Assembly: GCF_009914755.1 (NCBI RefSeq) | Contig: NC_060948.1 | Strand: one strand, 5' to 3' | DNA length: 64,000 nt | Source: the human T2T-CHM13v2.0 reference genome, Homo sapiens | Shown here: piece after piece, positions 31,511-43,900 of the stretch | Layout: every line of letters starts with the position of its first letter | Position numbering within the stretch: position 1 is the first letter of the stretch | Translations under genes and position numbers: made by a program | The notes under the pieces: generated by a model | Database searches by the model: none | Told to the model about the DNA's origin: nothing | Seen by the model: only the letters and a program-made list of their open reading frames with translations

Positions 31511-31807
31511 TGATACCTAACTTATTGGAGAATATCTGGTAGAATATATACAGAGGGAGAAATATATTAAAGTCAAAACTGAATAGAAAACAGATGTGAA
31601 ACACAATGATTTAAAAATCAATTTAAAAAATCAATCTTAGCAATTATTTGTGCAATAATTTAACATTTGGATTTCATTGCTTTTGAATCATTTTGGTGAT
31701 TATGCATGATTATTCAATAAGTACTGTCTAGACAGTGTGAACCATTTGCTTAATATTAAAAGTTAAATAGATATTCCTCACTTATCGACTAAATGTTTCA
31801 TTTCCAT

Positions 31808-31846
31808 ACACACACATTCACACACACACACAAACACACACACACA
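31808..31846. repeat. Imperfect (CA)n microsatellite
   Basis: Direct read. Confidence 0.9.
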
Positions 31847-32737
31847 GATGTAAATATGTCAATATAGGAGATAAACAGTAGATTTTAATATTTCCCCATG
31901 GTACTATTTGTTAATTAATTATCTATCCAACATTCTTTGCTCTTATACTATTTCTACTGAAACTTTGGATAAGTAAACAAAACGTGTATTGTTAGCTTAA
32001 ACTTTTCATGGTTGGCATGAAAAAATGCAGTTGTTTATAGGTTTTGAATAAAAAGTTAATTAATTGGAGTTAAAATATTTGATAGACTTCAAATGTACAA
32101 TTCCCTGTACAATTCAAAAACTTAAATAAAAATTTATAATTTGATTTTTAATCTCACTCTCCAACTCTCCTATTGAGAGTTTGGAAAAGCATGTGCTACA
32201 AAAGCTAGAAAAGCCTCTGAGGACACTACCAATACTCCCTCTACAGGCCGATATGAAAAAGGACTGGAGAGTGGGATAGTCATCAGTATGCACTACACTC
32301 TAGCTGGTTCTTTTCTTTGCATCCTCCTGGGCTTGGTAGTCATAACTCAAAGTTTTCATGTTATACAGCAACCTGAATATGAAAGAAATGTTCTTCTAAA
32401 GGTTTATAAGAATATTAACAATGACTAAAATCAGTCACACATATCCACAAAAATTTCTTTATACTGGTATGTCATAATGCTCAAGTCCATTTTTAGATTT
32501 GATTTATAAACACAGAAGTATATATTACATCTATTTCATTGATTTATTCCTTTTGAAAACTCCATGTTAAGATTGTAGGTGGTTTCATATGGAAGCCCCA
32601 CTGGATGGGTGTTAATCCCACTTTGATCTCGGATTTCTCATACTATAATGGAAATGGTATGTTAATCAAAGAAAACCAAAGTAATCTTTTAATCCTGAGC
32701 ATAATAACTAAAAGTATCCTTCTCCTTGAAACACTGT

Positions 32738-33103
32738 TGTATTAGTCTGTTCTCACACTGCTGATAAAGACATACCCGAGACTGGGCAACTTTCAAAAGG
32801 AAGAGGTTTAATAGACTTACAGTTCCACGTGGCTGTGGAGGCCTCACAATCATGGTGAAAGACAAGGAGGAACAAGTCATGTCTTACATGGATGGCAGCA
32901 GGCAAAGAGGAAAGCTTATGCAGGGAACCTCCCTTTTTTTGAAACCATCAGATCTCATGAGACTTATTCTCTATCACAAGAACAGCACAGGAAAAATCCA
33001 CTCCCATGATTCAACTACCTCCCACTGGGTTCCTCACTTTACACGTGGGAACTGTGGAAGTTACAATTCAAGATGAGATTTGGGACACAGCCAAACCATA
33101 TCA
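32738..33103 (-). mobile_element. THE1B-like solo LTR
   Basis: tgtattagtctgttctcacactgctgataaagacatacccgag ... cagccaaaccatatca. Confidence 0.9.
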
Positions 33104-34111
33104 TTGTTCACTGAAATATCATTATACAGCATATGACTGCATATAGATCCTTTTTTGAAGTGTACATTGGATAACAGATTAGGAAAACAATACTAGCATA
33201 TCAAAAAAAATACCCGCAGTTTAAATTCAAAAAGCTATTTAAACACACATGGCAATATAGATATACTTTGTTTTGGAATGTTTAGTGATTCAGACAAAAG
33301 GAACATGTTCTTACCTAAACTCTCAAGTTAGAGAGATCTAGAGAACTAAAAGGTAAATTCTAGAAGTATTTAATACTTCTAGCAGTTTTTATTTTATTGT
33401 ACCAAATTTAAAAATATGTCTTTTTTTTTTCTTTGTTAGATGTCAAGCTCCTTGAGCACAAGGACCATACTATATTAGCCTTTGAACTTAGAGGTTCTTG
33501 GCAGTAAATTAGTTAATATCAAATTTTAACTCCACAACTTACCCCTACCTCATAAAGGATGATTGGTGCATTACTCTTTACTTTTAAAATTGTGTTTATT
33601 TTTAATTTTTGTCAGCACAAAGTAGGTAAATATATGTATAGGGTATATGAGATACTTTGATACAGGCATGCAATGCATAATAATCACCTCACAGTAAATG
33701 GGATCTTCATCCCTCGAGCATTTATCCTTTATAGTATAAACAATGTAATTATACATTTTTACTAATTTTTAAATGTAAAAATAAATTATTACTGACTGTA
33801 GTCCTCTTGTTGTGATATCAAATAGTAGGTCTTATTCACTCTTTCTAACTACTGTTTGCACCCATTAACCATTCCCTCTTTACCCCCACTCACCCACAAC
33901 CATTCCCAATCTCTGGTAACCATTCATCTACTCTCTATCTTCATGAGTTCAAATGTTTTAAGTTTTAGCTCCCACAAATAAGTGAGAACATGCAAAGTTT
34001 GTCTTTCTGTGTCTGGCTTACTTCACTTAACAAAATGACCTCAAGTTTCATCTATGTTTTTGCAAATGACAGGATATCATTTTTAATGGTTGAATAGTAC
34101 TCCATTGTGTG

Positions 34112-35792
34112 GTGCCTGAGAGAGTTCCATAATAGAATAAAAATGGTTTACATAGAATCTTGCTACCTGGGAATATAAGGAGGAGTTACTGATAAGCAGG
34201 GGGCCTCTTTCCTAGGACTAATTCTAATTCTGTGAGGAGCTGCTAGTTTCTAAAATGTCTGATAGCTCTCACGTACTGCTTGGCTTGTGAATGCCATTTC
34301 CAACGTAAACAAACATCTTGTTTAAAAGCCACTGCTCTATTTAAAGAAGTGTCAGGAAAATCTTTACTTTTAAGTTATTTGGGTAAAGTATTTTTTTTTG
34401 TAACGAATTGCTTTTCTCTCTGAGTTCTCCAAATTTCAGATCGTGACTTTAGGACAATATAGGTATTTGCATAAGTTCAATAAGAGTCTTTTAAAACAGA
34501 ACAATTGAAAACACTGGTTATTTTACCAAGGCTTTAACTAAAACAGCATATTTTTAGGTAAAGTTCCATCACAGCCAACTTAAAACGAGCCTATATGGCC
34601 AATCAATTCTTGTGCATTTTATGCAAATAATCAGGCCAAGCATAATAAGCCTATAACATAGAAATGGGTCTTAATATAATTTCTCTTTAGTAGAAAAGAA
34701 AGGGGCTAAAGAAATTGTTTCATAAGGAAAAGTGTAACAGTTGATACAAGATTTCGACACTAACTTTGTTTCTTTATGTGCAGATTATATCATGAATTAT
34801 TTCTTGGCTACAATAATCCTTTAGAGTGTACCAGATTATAATTTGTCTTCATATTTTTAGTTGGCACCCTTTTGAAAGAGGTTCCTTTGTCTATTCTAAC
34901 ACAAAAGTTAGTCTTATAATTGTCGAAGTATAAATGTTATTCATCTCTGTTTTACTTCCAAGGAAATCAAAATCACGGTATTCTGAAGACCAGATTTGAT
35001 TCTCCCTCATTTGCCATCCCACTGGACACAGATCTGTTTCCCTGTGAATGTTCTGCTGCTAAAACTATACACACAGCCTCTCTCTAGGCCCAGGGACTGT
35101 CGTAGAAGAGGCAGGCACATGAGATTGTAAGGGCTGGTTTTGAGGTATAAAATTAGGTCATGGTCAAACCCTCCAAATCAAGAAGGGGTACAAAGATGCC
35201 TAAGCTGCCTGTAAAACAAATTTAGTTGCCTTTTAAACTATTATGTGTCACTTTTGCATCCACTCCAACCATAAAGAATTTTCTGCTTAGTATAGAATTA
35301 AAGGAAAATATTTACTAACAGGATAAAATACCTTGTAACAAAACCCACTGGGTATAAAACTCCTAGTTATAAGTTGTAAAGATAAATCTATCTATCTACA
35401 TATTAGTTATTTTTCAGAACAATGCTTATGTTTTGTATAGCAAATTGCTTTAAGTCTGTAACTAAAACAAAGTTTACACATAGCTCAACACATAGAAGTT
35501 AAAAATAAGTCAGTCTGGTAACGTTGCCTTTCGGTTTTGTTTGCTGAGATTTTTTCTTAAAATAATTTTAGGAGGTAATGAATGCCTGTCCACAACCTTT
35601 TATATCTGGCCTAGAACAATTAATTGATTATAAGTCTTTGACTCTTAAGGCCCTCAGCCATAGGGAGTCCTACCAAGGGACAGGATGGATGCAGGGCAGG
35701 CAGCCACGCCACCCAGGCAACACTATGGAACAAAATAAAGATTTGTTGGCCTTTGATGTTTCTCTGGCAAATCTTGGCCAGAAGAGGGAAAA
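34112..35792 (+). mobile_element. MER4-group ERV1 internal 3' segment (5'-truncated)
   Basis: cattttatgcaaataatcaggccaag and tatttgcataagttcaataaga; ends in a polypurine tract gaagagggaaaa next to the LTR. Orientation of the first ~200 bp is unresolved. Confidence 0.8.
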
Positions 35793-36356
35793 TGTAAACC
35801 AAAAATAAAATTTTAAGGCCTCCCCAAACATTTGAATAAACTTCCTCCTGGGCCGGGGCTCTTAAATTTTAACCTGAAAGACTGTTTCAGGCCATGAAGG
35901 GAAGTGGGGGTCAGACATGCCTCATTATACCTCTCTGCCATTAACATCAACAGCTCTGATAAAAAACCTTTTACTAGCTATTCTTTCTGAAGCCTGCTAC
36001 CTGGAGGCTTCACTTGCATGATAAAACTTTGGACTTCACAACCTCTTATTACAACACTGGCATTCCTCTCTATTTATCCCAGGTCTTTAGACAAACTCAA
36101 CCAATTATCAACCAGAAAATATTTAAATTTACCTATAGCCTAGAGGCCCCCACTTCGAATTGTCCCACCTTTCTGGAGCAAACAAATGTATTTCTCAAAT
36201 ATATTCGATTGATGTCTCATGCCTCCCTAAAATGTATAAAATCAAGTTGCACCCCAGTGAGCTTGGGTACATGTTCTCAGGACCTCCTGAGGGCTGTCTC
36301 ATGGGTCATGGTTACTTACATTTGGCTCAGAATAAATGTCTTCAAATATTAAAAAA
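35793..36356 (+). mobile_element. MER4E-like LTR lacking U5, ending in a short A tract
   Basis: tgtaaaccaaaaataaaatt.. start; tttggctcagaataaatgtcttcaaatatt then an A run. Confidence 0.88.
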
Positions 36357-36921
36357 AATAGTACTCCATTGTGTGTATGTACTGCATTTTCTTTATACAT
36401 TCAGCTGTCGATGGGCTCATCAGTTGTTTCCAAATCTTAGCTATTGTGAACAGTGCTGCAACAAACATGGGAGTGCAGATATCCTTTTGATATACTGATT
36501 TCCCTTTTTTGGGGTATACACCCAGCAGTGAGATTCCCAGATCATACAGTAGTTGTGTTTTTTAGTTTATTGAGGAACCTCCAAACTGTTCTCCATGTAG
36601 TTAGTACTAATTTACATGCCTAACAATAATGTCTGAGAGTTCCCTTTTCTCCACATACTCGCCAGCACTTGTTAATGCCTATTAGATAAAAGCTATTTTA
36701 ACTGGGGTGAGATGATACCTCATTGTAGTTTTGATTTGCATTTCTCTGATGATCAATGATGTTGAGCACCTTTTCTTATGCCTGTTTGCCACTTGTATGT
36801 CTTCTTCTGACAAATGTCTATTCCAATCTTTTGCCCATTTTTAATTGAATTGTTAGATTTTTGTTCCATATAATTGTTTGAGATCCTTATATATTCTGGT
36901 TATTAATTCCTTGACAGATGG

Positions 36922-37282
36922 TGATATGATGTGGCTCTGCATCCCCACCCAAATCTCATCTTGAATTGTAATCCTCAAGTGTTAAGGGAGGGACCTGGTA
37001 GGAGCTGATTGGATCATGGGGGTGGTTTACCCCATGCCGTTCTCGTGATAGTGAGGGAGTTCTCACAAGATCTTATGGTTTAAAAGTGTCAGTTTCCCCT
37101 GCACTCTCTCTCCTGCCACCATGTGAGACATGCCTTACTTCCTCTTTGCCTTCCATCATGATTATAAGTTTCCTGAGGCCTCTCCAGACACGCTGAACTG
37201 TAAGTCAATTAAACCTCTTTTGTTTATGAATTACCCAGTCTCAGGTAGTATCTTTATAGCAGTGTGAAAACAGACTAATACA
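36922..37282 (+). mobile_element. THE1D-like solo LTR nested in L1MA2
   Basis: tgatatgatgtggctctg...cagactaataca; TSD gatgg/gatga. Confidence 0.88.
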
Positions 37283-37570
37283 GATGAGTAGTTTGGAAAT
37301 ATTTTCTCCTATTCAATAGGCTGCCTCTTCACTTTGTTGATTGATTCCTTTGCTGTACAGAAGCTTTTTAAATTGAAGTGATCCCATTTATCCATTTTTG
37401 CTTGATTGTCTCTGCCTCTGGGGTATTACTCAAGAAATTTTTGCCCAGACTAATGTCCTAGAGAGGTTTAACAATTTTTTAATAGCAATTTTGTAGTTTT
37501 ACATCTTAGATTTAAATCATTAATATATATTTATTTGATTTTTGTATGTGGTGAGAAAGAGGCTCTACTC

Positions 37571-37571
<1 letters not shown>

Positions 37572-37605
<34 letters not shown>
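37572..37605. repeat. (TG)n microsatellite inside L1MA2
   Basis: Direct read. Confidence 0.95.
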
Positions 37606-37606
<1 letters not shown>

Positions 37607-37752
37607 ACATAAGAATATCCAGTTTTCCCCATAACTTTTATCAAAGAGACTATCTTTCCCTCAGTGTATGTTCTTGGTACCTTTGTGGAAAGTGAGTTCA
37701 CTATAGATATGTGGATTTGTTTCTGTGTTATTTATTCTCTTCTATTGGTCAA

Positions 37753-40021
37753 TAATATGGTTTGGCTGTGTCCCCACCCGAATCTCATCTTGAATTGTAC
37801 TCCCATAATTCCCACATATCGTGGGAGGGACCCAGTGGGAGATAACTGAATCATGGGGGCAGATTCCCCCATACTTTTCTCGTGGTAGTGAAAAAGTCTC
37901 ACAAAATCTGATGGTTTTATTAGGGGTTTCTGTTTTTGCATCTTCCTCCTTCTCTCTTTGCCTGCAGCCATTCATGTAAGACAGAACTTGCTCCTCCTTG
38001 CCTTCTGCCATCATTATGAGGCTTCCTCAGCCACATGGAATTGTAAGTTCAATTAAACCTCTTTTGTAAATTGCCCAGTCTCAGGTATGTCTTGACCAGC
38101 AGCATGATAGCAAATGGATACAGGTAACAGTAGAGGGGGGCGTTGCTGAAAAGATACCTGAAAATGTGGAAGTGACTTTGGAACTGAGTAGCAGGCAGAG
38201 GTTCGAACAGTTTGGAGGGCTCAGTAGAAGACAGAAAAAGGTGGAAAAGTTTTGAACTTCCTAGAGACTTGTTGAATGGCTTTGCCGAAAATGCTTATAG
38301 TGATATGGACAATAAGGTTCAGGATGAGATGGTCTCAGATGAAGATGAGGAACTTGTTGGGAAGTGGAGCAAAAGTGACTCTTGTTATGTCTTAGCAAAG
38401 AGACTGGCAATATTTTGCCCGTGTCCTAGAGATTTGTGAAACTTTGAACTTGAAAGAAATGATTCAAGGCATCAAGTGGGTGAAATTTATAAGCAACAAA
38501 GCATTCAAGTGGTGACTTGGGTGCTATTAAAAGCATTCAGTTTTAAAAGGGAAACAGAGCATAAAAGTATGAAAAATTTGCAGTCTGATAATGCAATGGA
38601 AAAGAAAATCCCATTTTCAAAGGAGAGTTTCAAGCTGGCTACAGAAATTTGCATAAGTAACGAGAAGGCAAATGTTAATCCCCAAGACAATGGAGATACA
38701 TCAGAGGGATATGTCAGAGGTGTTCATGGCAGCCCTTTCCATCACAGGCCTGGAGGTCTAGGAGGAAAAGTGGTTTCATGGGCCAGGCCCAGGTTCCCCA
38801 AGCTGTGTGCAGCTTAGGGACTTGGTGCCCTGTGTCCTAGCTGCTCCAGCCATGGCTGAAAGGGGCCAACATAGAGTTTGGGCCATGGCTTCAGATGGTG
38901 CAAGCCCCAAGCTTGAGCCTGTGGGTGCACAGAAGTCAAGAATTGAGGTTTGGGAACCTCCACCTAGATTTCAGAAGATGTATGGAAATGCTTGGATGCC
39001 CAGACAGAAGTTTGCTGCAAGGGCGGACCTCTCCTGGAGAACCTCTGCTAGGGCAGTGCGGAAAAGAAATGTGTGGTTGGAGCCCCCACACAGAGTCCCC
39101 ACGGGGCACCACCTAGTGGAGCTGTGAGAAGAGTGCCACCGTCCTCCAGACCCCAGAATATTAGATCCACTGACAGCCTGGAAAAGCTGCAGACACTCAA
39201 TGCCAGCCCATGAAAGCAGCCAGGAAAGAAGTTGTGCCTTGCAAAGCCACAGGGGCCGAGCTGCCCAAGACCATGGGAACCCACTTCTTGCATTAGCATG
39301 ACCTGGATGTGAGACATGGAGTCAAAGGAGATCATTTTAGAGCTTTAAGATTTGACTTCCCCACTACATTTAGGACTTGCATGGGCCCTTTAGCCCCTTA
39401 TTTTGGCCAATTTCTCCCATTTGGAATAGCTGTATTTACCCAGTGTCTGCACCCCCATTGTATCTAGGAAGTAACTAACCTGCTTTTGGTTTTACAGGCT
39501 CATAGGTGGAAGAGACTTACTTTTTCTTAGATGAGACTTTGGACTGTGGACTTTTGAGTTAATGCTGAAATGAGTTAAGATTTGCGGGACTGTTGGGAAG
39601 GCACAGTTGGTTTTGAAATGTGAAGATGTGGGATTTGGGAGCAGGGAGGGGTGGAATGATATGGTTTGGTTGTGTCCCCATCCAAATCTCATCTTGAATT
39701 GTATTCCCATAATTACCACATGTTGTGGGAGGGACCCATTGAGAGAGAACTGAATCATGGGGGCAGTTTCCCCCATACTGTTCTCATGGTATGAGATCAC
39801 AAGATCTGATGGCTTTACCAGGGATTTCCACTTTTGCATCTTCCTCCTCTCTTTGCCTGCTGCCATCCATGTAAGATAAGACTTGCTCCTCCTTGCCTTC
39901 TGCCATGATTGTGAGGCTTCCCCAGCCACATGGAACTGTGAGTCCAATTAAATCTCTTTCTTTTGTAAACTGCCTAGTCTCGGGTATGTCTTTATCAGCC
40001 ATTTAAAAACAGACTAATGAA
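37753..40021 (+). mobile_element. Complete THE1A/B-like provirus (LTR 37753-~38122, internal, LTR 39657-40021)
   Basis: Two LTRs; internal ORF remnant EGSVEDRKRWKSFELPRDLLNGF; TSD gtcaa/gtcag. Confidence 0.92.
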
Positions 40022-40900
40022 GTCAGTGTGTCTGTTTTTATGCCAGTACTATGCTCTTGTTGTTACTATAGCTCTGTATAACTACTTCTAACTATAACTA
40101 CTATAGTTAGAAGTCAGGTAATGTGATTCCTCCAATTTTGGGGCTTTTATTTGTGCTCAGAATAGCTTTGACTATTCTGTGTCTTTTGGGGTTCCATATA
40201 CATTTTAGGATAGTTGATTCTATCTCTGTGAAGAATGTCATAGGTATTTTGATTGGGATTGCATTAAATCTGCAGGTTGCTTAGGGTAGTATGGACATTT
40301 TAACATTATTGATTCTTCCAATCTATAAACATAAACTAACTTTACAGTTTTTTGCATCCTCTTGAATTTCTTCCATCAGTATTTTATAGTTTTCATTATA
40401 GAGATCTTTAACTTCTTTAAGTTAAATCCTAGATATTTAATTTGCTTTTTGGGTATTGTAATTGAAATTACATTTTAATTATTTTTCTTAATATTCACTG
40501 TTGACATATAGAAATGCTACTGATTTTCCTATGTTGATTTTATGTACAACTTTGCTGAATTCATTTATCAGTTCTAATAGTTTTCTGGCTGAATCTCTAG
40601 GTTTTACTGAATATAAGACCATATCATCTGCAAACAAGGATAATTTGACTTCTTTGTTAACAAGTTGGATGCGCTTTATATCTTTCTCTTGTCTAATTTA
40701 TCTAGCTAGAATGTCCAGTATTATGTTGAATTACAGTGGTGACAGTGGGCATCCTTGTCCTGTTCCAATTCTTAGAGGAAAGGTTTTCCATTTTCCCCCA
40801 TTTGCGATGATACTAGCTGTAGACCTGTCATGTGGCTTTTATTATGTTGATGTATGTTCCTTCTGTACCTAGTTTTTTTAGTGTTTTCATAATGAAGGGA

Positions 40901-40987
40901 GGTTCTCAACCTCCCAACCTCAAGTGATCTGCCCACCTCAGGCTCCTAAAGTGCTGGGATTACAGGCAAGAGCCACCGCGCCCGGCC
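40901..40987 (-). mobile_element. Alu 5' fragment (~87 nt, no tail)
   Basis: aagtgctgggattacaggcaagagccaccgcgcccggcc; flanked by the direct repeat tgaaggga. Confidence 0.85.
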
Positions 40988-43900
40988 CAGTGAAGGGATG
41001 TTGAATATTATTAAATGCTTTTCCAGCATCAATTGAAATAATCACATGGATTTTGTTCTTCATTCTGTGAATATGATGTATAACTTGATTATTTTGTGTA
41101 TGTCAATCTCACCTTGCATTCCTGGGATAAATCCCACTTGATGGATGATCTTTGTAATGTCTCATAGAATTTGGTTTACTAGTATTTTGTTATTATTTTT
41201 TCATCAATATTCATCAGAGATATTGTACTGTACTTTTATTTTTTCATGTGTCTTTGTCTGGTTTTGATACTGAGGTAATACTGGCTTTATAGAATGAGTT
41301 TGGAAGTATACTTTTCTCCTCTATTTTTGAAATAGTTTGAGTAAGATTGGTATTAGTTTTACTTTAAATGTTTGGTAGAATTCAGCAGTGAAACCACTGA
41401 ATCTTGGGCTTTTCTTTACTGGGTGACTTTTAACACAATTTTGTTGTTGTCACTTGTTATTGGTCTCTTCAAGTTTAAATTTCTCTGTGGTCCAAACTTG
41501 GTAGGTTGTATATGTCTAGAAATTTGTCCATTTCCTCTAGATCATCCAACTTATTGGTATATAGTTGCTCATAGTAACCACTAATTATACTTTTAATTTC
41601 TGTGGTATTGGCTGTAATCTCTCCTTTTTTACTGTTGATCTTATTTGGATTTTCTCTCATTTTCTCTTAGTTATTGTGGCTAAAGTTTTGTCAATTTCAT
41701 TTATCTTTTAGGAAAACTTTTTCTTTCTTTGATTTTTTGTATTGCTTTCTAGTTTTAATTTCATCTATTTTTGCTCTGATCTTTATTTTTTCTACTACTA
41801 ACCATGAATTTAGTTTGCTCTTGCTCTTCTAGTTCTTTAAGATGCATCATTAGGTTATTTATTTGCAGTTTTACTTCTTTTTTTAATGTGGGCACTTAAA
41901 ATCATAAATTTATCTTGTAGTTCTGCTTTTGCTGTATTACATAAGTATTGGTATGCTGTGTTTCCACTAGCATTTGTTTCAATAAATTTTTCTGTTTTCT
42001 TCTTAATTTCTTCTTTGAGTCACTTGCCATTCAGGAGCATATTGTTTAATTATCATGTGTTTGCATAGTTTCCAAAATTACTCTTGTTATTGATTTCTAG
42101 TTTTATTCCATTGTTATCAGAAAAGATGTTTGCTTTTGTTTCAATTTTTTGAATGTTTTAAGACTTGTTTTGTGACATAACATATGGGCTATCTTTGAGA
42201 ATAGTCCATATGCTGAAGAAAAAAATGAGTATTCCGTAGCTCTTCAATGACATGTTCTGTAATCATCTATTCAATCCATTTGGGCTATAGAGGACATTCA
42301 GTCTAATGTTTCTTTATTGATTTTCTGTCTGGAAGATCTGTCAAATGCTAAAAGTTGGGTGTTGAATTTTCTAGATATTATTTTATTTCGGTCTCTGTCT
42401 TTACTTCTAACAATATTTGCTTTATATATCTGGGTGCCCCAGTGTTTGGTGCATATACTTTTACAATTTTGATGTCCTCTTGCTATGTTGACACCTTCAT
42501 TACATAATGACCTTCTTTGTCTCTTTATACATTTTTGTCTTAAAGTTTATTTTTTTGTTTGTGTTATGAGTATAACTACACATGCTCTTTTATGATTTCC
42601 ATTGCCATTGAATATCTTTTTCATCTCTTTATTTTCAGTTTATATGTGTCTTTATTGGAGAAGTGTGTTTCCAGTAGGCAACAAATCACTGGATCTTGTA
42701 TTTTTATCCATTTTATGTCTTTTTATTGGAGGGTTCAGTTAATTTACATTAAATATTATTGAGAAGTAAGAACTTCCTCCTGCCATTTAGTTATTTGTTT
42801 TCTGATGATTTTGTCACCTTCTCTTCCTTTTTCTCTTCCTCTCTGTCTTCCTGTTAGTGAAGGTAATTTTCTTTTGTGGTATGACAAATTAATTTCTTGC
42901 TTTTCATTTTTTTGAGTATTCTTTTTTTTTATTTGTGGTTATCATGAGTCTTGCAAATAATGTCTTATAACCTATTATTTTAAAGTGATGGCAACTCAAC
43001 ACTGATTGCATAAACATCCTAACAAACAAGAAAAATAAAAAACTTACAAAAACCTTACTCTTTAACTTCACCTACCCCCCATTTATAAGTTTTTGGTTTT
43101 TTCCATTTGTATCTTATTGTACTGTCTATGTCTTGAAAAGTTGTAGTATTATTTTTGACTGGTTATTCTGTTAGTCTTTCTACTTGAGATATGAATAGAT
43201 TACACATCACAATTACAGTGTTATTATATTTGGTGATTTTCTATGTACTTACTATTTCCAATGAGTTTTATACCTTCAGATGATTTATTATTTCTGATTA
43301 ATGTAATTCTATTTCAGACTGAAAAACTCTCTTTAGCATTTCCTGTAAGTCATATCTGGTGTTTATGAAATCCCTCAAAGTTTCTTTGTCTGGAAAGCCT
43401 TTTTTTCTCTTTCATGTTTGAAGAATATTTTTACCAGATATACTATTCCAGGGTAAAAGTTTGTTGTTTGTTTGTTTGTTTTTTCTTGCTTCAGCACTTT
43501 AAATATGTCATGCCAATCTCTCCTGGCCTATAGGGTGTCCACTGGAATGTCTGCTTGCAGACATAATGGAGCTCCATTGTATGTAATTTTTTTCTTTTCT
43601 CTTGCTGCTTTTAGAAACCTTTCTTCATCTTTGACTTTTGGGAGTTTGATTATTAAATCCCTTGAGGTAGTGTTTTTGTGTTAAATCTGCTTGGCATTCT
43701 GTAACCTTTTTGTATTTGGATACCAATATCTTTATCTAGATTTCGGAAGATATCTGTTACCATCACTTTGAGTAAACTTTCAACCCCTATCTCTTTCTCT
43801 ACCTCCTTTTTAAGGCCAGTAACTCCTAGATTTGCCGTTTTGAGGCTATTTTCTAGATATTGTAGACATGCTTTATTGTTTTTTATTTTTGTTTTACCTC

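Noticed and set aside
33570-33584. TSD of the full-length L1MA2 (attactctttacttt versus atgctttcttacttt at 46231-46245)
   Set aside because: Only 10/15 identity in low-complexity sequence; suggestive but not supportable
38212-39335. Cluster of ORFs as an operon-like system
   Set aside because: Fragments of the THE1 internal region, homologous to 6.6-7.55 kb
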